From NCBI GenBank assembly GCA_907165135.1, contig OU015568.1, positions 10,540,001 through 10,604,000 of the forward strand: a DNA stretch of 64,000 nucleotides, in the 5' to 3' direction. Made by a program: the position numbers and the translations under genes. The notes beneath the pieces were generated by a model, which was given only the letters and a program-made list of their open reading frames with translations, did no database searches and was not told the DNA's origin. Shown piece after piece: positions 1-10,904 of this stretch. The stretch is from Oikopleura dioica. Taxonomy: Eukaryota; Animalia; Chordata. Numbering within the stretch: position 1 is the stretch's first letter; every line of letters begins with the position of its first letter.

Positions 1-579
1 ATCGCTTGTTTTACGTCCGAGGCCTACACATTGAGGAAACGATGGATACGCCGAGTCCTCACAAGCGCTAATCCCCAACTTGGTTGAATTGATGGTTTCC
101 CATATTGCTGTTTCTTGTGATTCATTTTCGGTCCGTTCTATTTTTGGAATTGTTTCTGATTGAAACTGAGGGAAAACAGTAATTGTGAGAAGTGAGAAAA
201 AGGGAAAAACTGATGAAACTCTTCCCAAAACCTCCGGGAGACGGACGGTGCCGGAACCAAATTGGTACTCGGTACCAAAGTCAAGCATATTTTCTGGCTC
301 ATCAAAAAACTAATGTCCGCTCCGCTGCTGCAGTGTGAGGAAACTCTATTTATGGACCGAATATACCTAATGATCGACCGAATATACTTCAAGTATAATG
401 AATGATTAACTCTTCCGGGAATAGTTTATTAGGACTTTTATTGAGAATTTAGCGACTTTCATAATTAAACCATCCATTACGAAGGCTCTACGAGCGCAAC
501 CAGCAGACTAAGTGATGATAATGAAATTGTCGCCTTACTTCTATCATTTTATGATCAATCAATTAAAAAAAAAATCACA

Positions 580-677
580 TCGCCGTTTGCCTAAGATCTC
601 CGTCTGCCCAAGTTGGGCAAACGGCGACTTGGGCAGACGGCGACTTGGGCAAACGGCGACTTGGGCAAACGGAGACC
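580..677. repeat. Small foldback minisatellite, 16-bp unit TTGGGCAAACGGCGAC
   Basis: Four direct copies at 613-676, preceded by two degenerate reverse-complement copies at about 580-612 (atcgccgtttgcctaag, atctccgtctgcccaag). No clear TSD. Confidence 0.8.
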
Positions 678-788
678 ACTCAAGAAAAACTGATTGAAAT
701 GTCAATTATTGCAGTTTCAAATTCATTTCAAAACTCCGCACGAAGCTTTATCTTTTGAAAACGCTTTTTTTTTCATTTTCAATAGATT

Positions 789-2191
789 TCAGCCATTGCA
801 TCGACTTTTTCCTGCTATTTCAATTGAAATTTCAAATTTTGAAACGATGAAATAAATGATTCGACAGTTTTGAAAAACTGGTTTGATATCAAAATATCCA
901 CCCCTGGTCAGGCAGCATCTGTGGCGCTCGTCAGAGTCGTAAGTTTCCATGCAGAGAGGGCAGTCGTCGCCGGACAAGTTGAGATTTCTTTCTCGTTCGA
1001 GGAGAGTGTTTCTTTCTTTTTCGAATTTCAATTGATTTTGAAAATCATTTTGAATAACGGCCATGGACTCATTATTCTGTAAAACCTTTGAAGGGATAGT
1101 AAAATATTTATTTTTTTAAATAAACTTATTGTTCCTTATCCCTGACTGTTCCAATTCACTTGACTTTCGATCCACTGCTTTATTCAAATTTTGCACCTCT
1201 GCTTTCAATTTCGAATTTTCTTGCTTCAGTTTTTCTACGGTTTTTGAGACACCAGTTACATTCTTTTTCAGCTCGATATTTTTTATTTCTAATCCATCTC
1301 GTTCTCTCTTCAGTTTCTCGTTTTCAGAGGAAATTTCCGCAAATGCAGCAGTTTTTCTTGAGATTCCTTTATTGAGATTGGTCACTTCTTTCTTCAAGCG
1401 TTCAGTCACGCTCTTTTCCATTTCAAAAAGGTGTTTATGCATCCCATTGTCGCAAAATAACCCATTTTTCAGTGTATAATTTGTTTCCTCTAATACTACG
1501 ATTTTGTCTTCGAGCTCGGCGATCTTGATTATCTTCTTTGCATTTTGCTCCTCGTGTTTTTCGTTTAATCGTCGAATAAACTCGTTTGAGGAGTCAATTC
1601 GGGCATTGTAAGATAGTTGCATTTCCTCAAGTTGTTTTCGCAAGCTCTGATTTTCCATTTCCATCTGTTTCTGAGTAAATTCCATCTAAAAACTGCTCGA
1701 CTCTTTAATAAAAAAGCCATGTTTACCATCATCAGTTGCATCTCCGTTTCCTTTCTTGTTGCGCATCTTATGTACGAGTTTTTAGCAACAAGAAGTTCTG
1801 GCGTCTCTTCATAGCCTTCGGGATATGTAATGTCCAGAATTTTTTTCTCGACGGGTCCCTTTTCTGTTTTGCTGAGAATGTCCACATAATAAGTTGGCAC
1901 AACTGGTTCAACTTTCCCTTTTATTTTTAAGAAATTGAAATTGAAAAGCTGCTTGTCGGAGTCATAAAAATGTTTTACGTTTACGAAAGCAATGAAAGCA
2001 ATATATGACTCTTTCTTATTATGATGCTCGATTTGAGGCTTGAATTTCTTCATAACGTCCGTTAGTTTGACAACAGAGCCATTAGATGCTTGGTAAACCT
2101 TAAAACCAGGTATCGTCTTCGGACTTATCAGGTCATTGGGATGCATGAGGTCCCGGTTGTCCGCAAAAGTCGAAGCGTTCATCGAAAACAT
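789..2191 (-). CDS. Hypothetical protein with long coiled coil and degenerate C-terminal RING-like motif
   Basis: ORFs 2191-1565, 1685-1116 and 1064-789 join; a clean phase-0 GT-AG intron at 1726-1686 links the first two. Heptad-rich middle; CPLCMETYDSDERHRCCLT resembles the first half of a RING. Second intron donor and 3' end uncertain. Confidence 0.6.
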
Positions 2192-2454
2192 CTTCTTTCT
2201 CTTTCTTTTATGTTATGAAAAATATCTCACGGATAGACACTGAGTCAATATCAAATAGCGCGCTCAATTTGAAATCGAAAACAAATCTTAAAAATCCGCT
2301 TACGAAAATTCTTAAGCCTTAGGCTATTCCCTGCTATAAATTCATCTCCATTTAACAAAATCGATCGAATGACATGTTCTTTATTATGAAAACACGAAAC
2401 AGGCTTTTATCTACAAGTGTTGGAAAACGTTTATTGCAAGTGAGTGGGAATAAG

Positions 2455-5400
2455 TTAAACTTCCGAAATGAGGAGACTATCGCTGGCCCTCGAGTTCCTT
2501 ATCGGCTGAGGTCGATATTTGCCGTATCCATTCTTTGCCATCGAAATTTGAAGATCAATGAGAAGCTGCTGTGCGCGGCTCTGATGTGCCTGGTAGATTT
2601 TCTCCACACCTTGCAGAGCGTTCTTTTCTAACTAAAAATATTTGTTAAAACACAGCGGGGGATCGTAGATAACGTAGAAAATACGCGTACGGTTTCTAAA
2701 CAAAATGACATGTACTTGCAATTATTTCTGAACTTTTGGATTTTTCTATTAGAAATTTTGGGTTTTAGAGAATGTTTTAGTTGACAACCGAAAATCTGGA
2801 TTGAAAGTATTTTTGCCTTTTGAAAAGAAAAAAATCAGTGGGAGCGGGGCGTTATTTTTCTTTGGCGGTGGTGGATTCGCCTTAGCTTGATAAATGGCAG
2901 TTTTACCTTGTCAAAGTTTCTCGTGAAGGTGTCGCGGCGCTTCACAGTCGCCTGTCGCGCTGCTGATTTGAGCCCCTGCTCCGTTGAGAGTGTTGATCCA
3001 GCACTAGAAAAAGATATGACGTTACGTTCATGAAAACGGTTTCTCGCAAGCATAAGTTCAACGATTAGCTATTCAAGCTAGCGAACGTTGCGTCGGCTTA
3101 TCACTGGGCGCCGATAAGATAACAAATTAAAATTAGCATAAGTTATAACATTTTTTCGAATTACCTAATCGACTTCGAAGAATCGAACATTTCAGCATTT
3201 TCATCTTCAGAGGGAAGGTATCCATAAGTAAGCTTATCTCCAGACTGAATAAGCTTCACTCGTATAATCTTCTCGACACGTTGAGGCTCAGCCCTCAGGC
3301 TAGAATCTGAATGGCCAGAATCCGAAGTACATCGAGGAATCTTCGACTCTGCTGTTGGAATCGACGGTATTCGATCTTTCTGAAAAGAAAAGCGTATTCT
3401 TCAGGTGTTCAAAAAGACGGAGTTTCAAATTTTAAAATTCAAAAACACGAATTTTCACAAAACATCTGGGCGAGGATTTCCAGATCTCCAGGAATAAGAA
3501 AGTTAGCTGACTCACCTTGCGCTCTGTAACGAGCTTGGTACAGTTATCCGACAGAGAAATGGCACTTCTGACAAAATCGTCGATGTTCCGCCTGAGAACG
3601 TGTTCTACTTTCTACGATCAAAGGGATTTCAGACTTGAAACGTTTACAAAGTGCTTTTTTCCTAAAGTAGAACCTTTCCTTGGCCGTTCGATAATCTTCC
3701 GTTCTGGCTTTTCTTCCTTTTCAATCGTCTCAATTCCTTGTCTCAATGGAATTTTAAAAGTATCCGCCACAATCTTCTCCACCTCCTGATCAATCTCTGC
3801 CGAGCTCCGGTACCCTTCCGAGCTTTGTGACATTTCTGAAGAATTTTCTTGACTCTCTTTTTTTTAAGAAAAATTTGCATAGAATCGAAACCAAAGCTAA
3901 ATTTGAGGAAAAAAAGGTGCGATGGAAGGAGAAAATGAATCGCCTGGCATCGATCATCAGCCTGACAATTTTAGCTTCGGATTTCAATAAATTATTCGTC
4001 TTACTGCTTATTCATTTTTCTTCAAAGAAAAATTGATCAATACTAATAAATTTCATTACATCAACAATATCTTGACAACGGTTAAAGGACCGGTTCATGC
4101 TATTATCACAGAAAATCACCGATTTTCCAGTAAGCTTCTTAGCTTTTTAGAAAGCTGAAAAAACAATGTCCTTGACGGTCTCTCAAGGCGATTACAGTAA
4201 TCCGTTAATTGCTTTACTCAACTAAGGTAATTACCTGGCTCCGAGTCTTGTGACCTCGTCTTGCTGCTTTCTCGCTCTTTTGGCGCGGCGACCTTGACGG
4301 GCTGAAAACGAAACGTTTAGATGTAGGTCACGTGAAGTTTAGGGAACGTAGGGCCAGGAAGGAAAATGCCTCGCCGCGCTTCCCATGCCTAATTAGTTTT
4401 ACTACAGGAAGAAGAAGAGGGCGACGTTACAATAGATGACCAAAAAGTCATTCCAAAATATTTCATCCCATAATTTTTCTTTACATATTTTTCGATGATT
4501 ACTCAATTTTTGAGTTGCATTTTAGCAAAAAATAAAGTTTAATTTGGAAAACGTTCAAACATTCCGTCAAACGAGGACGTAACTAAATTCCACTGTTGGA
4601 TTATCCTCTGAGTTAGTTCCCTCCCTAGCTTGACCGGGAGTATTTGTTTCCCATGTGGAGGGGGGTTAGATTTCCGCACGTCTGTTAGACTGACCTTCCA
4701 CTTTTTGGCTTCGCTCTCGAAGTCGCTCCATGATTTAGGAACGCTGTGGTGGCTATCTTGTGACGAGCTTCGGAGTCGAACGCCGGAATCGATGGACAGG
4801 AAGCCTTGAGATGCTGAGCTTGTTGTTTGGTCATCAACTGGACTTGTGCTGGAGATTTGGCGAGGACTTGGAGAACGAACTTCGATCACTGGAACTTCTG
4901 GTTCGGCGAACTTCGATTCCGCCTCTTGATGATTGAGCTCTTCTGAGGTGATTAAGGAGGTAGAAGGGGATGGAGGATCAAACTCGATCCTGATCTGGGC
5001 TGGCAACTCAATCGGCTAAAAAGCTTCTTTATTTCTAAAATATCAAAAAAGAGTGGCGCTGAGAGCAAGTTAATCTCGCACCCCGGATCTCTAAGAACAG
5101 TCCCAGCTTGAGAAGAGCGTCGAGTAGAGCGCTGATATTTCTCAAAATATCAATTTCATGTGTGAGGAGAAGGGGCCAATCTCAAATAGCAATAATGGTG
5201 ATTTGATTTGATAGAGTGGTCGAGGAAGAGACCGCGAAAGGAGAAAATGATGAGTTTTGGGTTTCTCGAGGACGTCAGAATGGGACGAGGTCTGCAGGAT
5301 TTCGAATATTATTTTCAATAAAGAAAAGTTTGCCTAAAATCACCTCAGTGTTTGCTTGATTTCCCCTCAAAATTGATTTGCGTTGGATAAACATTAAAAT

Positions 5401-6378
5401 CAGGCTCTATCAAAGATAAAGCTAATAGAAATTTCTAATTTCAAAACTCACAATTCTCAAGAACTCTCCAGGAAGTCGCTTCATTTGGGGGCGACAGAAT
5501 GATATATTTTCTCAAGCGAAAAGAGCGAAAATTTTTCTTTATCTCGGTAGCGCCCGATCAGTCAAAATAATTGAACCCTGAGAAATTCGAGAATGTAGTG
5601 GCGGTGGTGTAATTTTCAAATTTTCGCCAAAACAGCGCTTCAAAATCAGCGACTATTTCCGCGGGCATAATTCCGTAATTTCACAGCAACCCTATTCAAC
5701 GACTTCTAATGTGATCACAGAGCTTGTTTGAAGATCTGTTTATTGTGGCATCAAGTAATGGACGCGAGAATCAATAACTTTTATGTAATCCCCTTTGTTC
5801 TCCAAATATTTTGAAAGTTGTGCGTCAGTTTTATGTCGAACTGCTATCATCCTTTTTTGTTTAGCTTCTATGTTTCTAAGCTAAAATCTGATTTTCTAGG
5901 AAAGCATCTTGAGAGGCAAATAGAATAATTACAGTAAAGCAAAGTAAGGACCGAAATTCAAGCGCTTGATTACCAAAAAAGCAACAAACTTTCAAGAGCT
6001 CCCTCTTGCTTACCATGTTTTCAGCCTTTTCGGGAATTTCAAGAGCCTCAGCTTCAGTAATCAGCTCGAGATCATTTACTCCAGAGTCGAAGTTTTGACG
6101 AGCGCACTCGACTGGTTCTTCATCTTTTCTTCTTCCGTTGTTTTTGCTTGAGCTTCTGGCCGGTTCTGGCTGGTTCTTTGAGGAGTGGCAAGAAGAAGGT
6201 CGAAGTCGGAAGAGTCGGTTAAACTTCCGTCCGAGTAGGTTAAACTGTCGGAATAGGAAGTGTATGACGAGCTGAAAAAGACAGTTTTAGACAATTTTTG
6301 TTTGTTAGATTGATGTTCAGAGATATAAAGATAAACAATCAAGGAGTTGATAGAACTGATCCTTTTAGCGCGGTCCAC
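2455..6378 (-). CDS. Multi-exon hypothetical Ser/Pro/charge-rich protein
   Basis: Consecutive exons splice in frame at GT-AG sites (KKHF|KVEHVLRRNIDDFVRS...ERK|KDRIPSIP...SKSIS|AGSTLSTEQ...NFDK); ORFs 4539-5006 and 6076-6378 are on the same strand. No recognisable domain; start and last exon uncertain. Confidence 0.5.
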
Positions 6379-7210
6379 AAATACGCGAAATCCTTCCCGC
6401 TACAACTTCGGAACGTGCGTGCCCGCGAAATCCGGATAAGAACGACCTTTTGAATAGGATCTTATACGTAGCTATCGTATATTAGGAGTAAGAAAGAATT
6501 TCTAGGTCATAAGTGGTCGCATTTAATTGCCCTAATTAGCTGTGAAGAGCGGTAATTATTGGCGCATTCGGTTCTTATCGCTTTGCAAAGTTGAAACTTG
6601 AATGCAATAAAATCATTAAAAATTCGCAAAAACCAAGATGATAAAAATCGAAAAAGGTGCATCAACATGGAAAGGGTTCATCCTTTGCGGTCGGTGGTTG
6701 TTATTACGCCGACATTTATGTCTAAAGGTGGCATGAGTTGTCACGATTAGAACTCGCACCTTCCAAACGAACGCGTCGAAAAAAGGGAACAAACCTGGTG
6801 AAGCTCTCAGAATCACTTAAATCGCTCATTCTTCACTATTCATAAAAATGCTTCTGAGAGTGGAAATATATCTCTAGAATCGGTAGAATCTGCCTGCGGG
6901 CTAGCGCGATATTCAAAATGTTTAAAAAATGCGCCATATTTGCTGGGTCAATTTTTCTGGCACCGAAACAATAAAATCGCAAATAGAAGGTGGTCAAAAT
7001 TGACTTTTCGATTTCACAAAAGAATCGATCGTAACTATTTTAAGTAAAAGTGCTAGCCCTTCCCTTAATTAATCTTTGATCTTCGTTTATATCTCTTATG
7101 ATTTTCTTTTCTCTAAGTTTGTTTTTGAAGGTATAGAAATGTTACTGTAGCAAATTTAATCAACGTGTTTCAATTTCAGCTTTTTTGCAAAAAAAAAATC
7201 CGAGCGGTCG

Positions 7211-7305
7211 GTAGCATCACCGCCAAGGACGCGCGATCGTGGTGGTGCTGCGGCGCCACCGAAATCGATCGCGCGGGACTTGGGCGAAGGGACCCGTGAC
7301 GCTAC
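7211..7305. other. GC-rich imperfect inverted repeat (about 95-nt hairpin)
   Basis: gtagcatcac (7211) pairs with gtgacgctac (7296-7305); gccaaggacgcgcgatcg pairs with cgatcgcgcgggacttgggc; inner ggtgg/ccacc stem; AT-rich flanks. Confidence 0.6.
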
Positions 7306-8614
7306 TACGTTCCCACTGAAAATAGTCTTCTGATAAGAATTAAGCTCCCATTGAGCATGATAACGTTTGGGGTCGTTTCAAATGCCTGCTGCGTTAATTT
7401 CATGTTGATAATATAATTTATATTATATAAACGTACCTTTATTAAGAAATCTAGCGACCGTTTTTCTCCTTTTTTTCTATCTATTTTTGATCTTGCTTTG
7501 TTGGAAGAGGTGGACTCAAGCGGAGAGGTGGTATTAATTGAACAATTGTTTGAAATGCCACAAGTTTATTTCTCAGAATTCGAAATCAAGGAAGACTTGC
7601 TCTTTCACTACAGCTTCTGATTTAGAGGGAACATACTTTTACTGTAAATAACTTTTATCTAAGAGCAGATGTGTTGCTTATAAGTGTACCACGCTTTGCG
7701 GGAATTGATGATAGTTATTGAAGGACTTATCGATAAGTTATCGGCCTAAAACACATGAGCTCAGGTGGTACACGATAAACTATCAGCGGGAGAAATTAAA
7801 TAAAGTAAAAAAATAAATTACTATAAAAAGTAAAATTGAAGCCAGCGAGTTCGCTCGAGGAAGTTTAATTCGATTTGCTCCGGTCTGGATAATCTTTTTG
7901 GATTCTCGAGAAAAAACGGTGCTATGCAAATTTGCTTGGAGTATTTTGAACTTCTGCTTTGGAGGATTATTTTGAGTTCTCTAATCTCGTATTATCAAGT
8001 AAATGCTCAAGAGGGTACTTCACGGTTTGAACATATTACGTGTCCGAAGGATTAGATGCGTAGAGGGCGGCTATTATTCAAGAAGCACAGCCTTTTCAGC
8101 ATCGAGTGTAACAAGAAAAATGAAATTTATTAAAGAATATAAATTGATTTCTCTTTCATCGCTTTTTCTTATTGCATTCATTCACTCCTCTTGAACCAAT
8201 ATTGTCTCATTAAGACTTTACTTAATTATTAAGTTGTAGCTTCATTTATCGCTTCGTCATCATAGCATGTTACTATTTCATAAAATTTTTAGGTTCATTT
8301 CGATAATCCCAGCTTTTTCAGATAGTCTCCGCCTTGGTTTTCCTGCGGAAATTCTTTAACTACTCAAAAATAACATCCTCATTAAAAGAAAACTTTGAAA
8401 TTCTTTGTTGATGTCAGCCAAGAAAGAGCGTAGTGGTCTACACTCGACGCAGGTTGTAGGTTAATGATAAGTCATTCTTTCATTATGTTCAAGTATTGAT
8501 TTCAAAAAGCAGGAAAACTTGGTGAGGGATGAAATTCTAGTATCTCTAATCCGGTTAATTTTCCAATAAAAGACAGCGCGCCATGTGGCACTCATTCAGA
8601 GAGATCGTAGAATC

Positions 8615-10121
8615 ATGAAGATAGCTTCAAGTTTTTCGATTTTTTCGTGCATTTATGCCCAGGTTCCTCTCTGCCATACAAGAGTTGAAGATGCAGCTTG
8701 TCTAGAATATGAGGGAAGCGGTGCAGGAGATGGATCAGCTGGAGGCCCTGATTGCTTACTTTACGAAACTGTCGTAAACGATTTGAGCGGTGGAATATTC
8801 GCTGTTCAGGCACCTTACAACGGAACAATTTGCAGAAGATCTCTTTCAATTCCTGGGTGTCAGATATTCGAGGGCTTTGTCAATGGTGTATCAAGCTTCA
8901 CTGGGCTCATTTCTCATGAATTTGAGTTTCAAGGAAATCCAATTTCTGTGACCCTCCAATGCAAAGATATCGGTAAGGTTATAGGAATAAGATTGATCTG
9001 AATCTATTTTAGATTGCTTTGATGGCGCAAATGGAGGCTGCTCGCACTTTTGTAACAGTAACAATTCTAAACATTTCTGCGAGTGTCCGAATTGTTGGGA
9101 ACTCGACGGGTATAAAACATGTAGGCCTGAAACTGGAAGAATCAGAACTGCCTGTGGTCCAGAATACATGTCGGTTGACGTTGACAAATGCATATTCCAC
9201 GACAAAAGGTAGGACAAAACCCCAATGAATAACTTATTAAGTTTATGTACGATTCTAGTTTGTCATATGCCGAGAATTTGAACCTTCGATGGGATAGCTG
9301 GATGAGCGACTGCGCTCGATTCAGAGACAACAACGCCGGAGCTTCGCGTTCGATGACCACACGTCTAGACAACTGCGGAACAGCAGTATCACAAGAAGGA
9401 GAGGAAATTGTCTTTCGAAACAAAATCATCAGTGGTTCTCGATTCAACGAGTACAACATCGTCCTCGATAACGCAGTCGAACTTGGGGTAATTCATCTCA
9501 TCGAAATCAGAAATTTCTGTACGAGGAATCTAACCAAAAATTAAGGTCGAATGCCGCTACAACACTAATGCATCAACGAACACTGCGATAATTGAAGTCG
9601 AGTCAATGGCAGTTACAGGAGGTGCTGTTGGCTACGGCTCTTTTGCATTCAACGCACAGTACTACAACGATTTCACATTCTCGACTCCAGCTGACAGCAA
9701 TAACGTCGTGGTCGTTGGCGAGCAGCTTTATCTAGCTATCGAGCCTATTGCTATCGTCAATGGCGTTAAGGCAAGTTTAACAGAATAAAGCTGGTGGGAG
9801 AGATTTTGCTTTAGTGGTACATCACGGACTGTACAATACACGATGACCCAAACGATGCTGACCGAACATTTCCGATCGTCGCTAATCGTTGCCCGAACCC
9901 ATTGATCGTTAAGACATACAACTCCTTCTTGAACACTCACAGCTTCGACATGAGCTACACTGCTTTCCAATTTGAATTCGAAGGTGCGAGTTCTTTCTCA
10001 AATTCATTTCAATAAGAATATCATTTTAGGTGGACTAGCGTCTTCACAAGCTGAGCTTTTCCTGACCTGCGAAATAACTGTCTGCCTTGATGGAAACTGT
10101 CCAAGTGACCCGACCTGCTGA
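8615..10121 (+). CDS. Secreted EGF-like + zona pellucida (ZP) domain protein
   Basis: Signal-peptide-like start MKIASSFSIFSCIYAQ; EGF NGGCSHFC...CECPNCWELDGYKTC; ZP-N LDNCGTAVSQEGEEIVFRNKI; ZP-C WYITDC, NRCPNP, FDMSYTAFQF, LFLTCEITVC. Five short introns incl. GC-AG at 9771-9814; stop at 10119-10121. Confidence 0.9.
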
Positions 10122-10322
10122 GAGTATATCTATCATTTTGCAAATATTACATTGTTTCGATTTCGCTGATAAGACTTTTCGATTATCAACGTCAATTTAA
10201 TAAAGCTTCGTATAATTTATTGAAGAGGAAAAGCGTAAAACCGTCATCATTCAGGAACTATCCGGGGTTATGAATATTTATAGCGTTCTTTGTCGCGAAA
10301 TAAGAGAAAAATGCTTCAAAAT

Positions 10323-10649
10323 TCATAGCCCGTTATTGTCATCAATCACAAACTCGACAAGACCGTTTTCCAAGTTGAGAACTGCCCAAAGAGCCAGTTC
10401 GCCCATCGAGCAGATAAATGTTACGGACACAGACGAAAGCGAGAACTCGGATAACTTCTTCGTTGATATCGTTTTTCCGGCAGCGGAGGAGATACTCTTG
10501 CATTTTTCAATAAACTTTGACATTTTTTGACTGTTGGTCGTGGGATAGTAACAGGTAGAAGGGTTAAAATGAATTGACGGCGTCGTGAATGATGGGGAAA
10601 GGGAAGTCTGATTTTGTCCTGAAGGTTGAGTCGGAATTACGGACGTCAT
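10323..10649 (-). CDS. Small hypothetical protein downstream of YARS
   Basis: 108-aa ORF starting about 255 bp after the YARS stop on the same strand; no recognisable domain; may have a further short exon. Confidence 0.35.
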   Translation of the reverse strand: MTSVIPTQPSGQNQTSLSPSFTTPSIHFNPSTCYYPTTNSQKMSKFIEKCKSISSAAGKTISTKKLSEFSLSSVSVTFICSMGELALWAVLNLENGLVEFVIDDNNGL

Positions 10650-10904
10650 TCTCGTGAAAGTTGATTTTTCCTTTGAGTACGTGAGGATTGATTTAAAATG
10701 AGTATCTTACCGTGCGGAGTGCAGATTGCCTCAAAATACGGGCTGAATTACCGACTCGATTCATGCTCTCTAAATACGAGAATCAAGAATCATGGAAGTA
10801 AAGTATTCAGTGAATACTATTCACCTAACCCGGGCAAAGCACTTTTAAACCCATACAGTAACAATCACATAACAGGTCGACAGAGAAAAATAATTTTCCA
10901 GAAA

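Noticed and set aside
9200-9260. Apparent 1-nt-shifted donor in the ZP gene
   Set aside because: A canonical 50-nt GT-AG intron (9209-9258) restores the frame.
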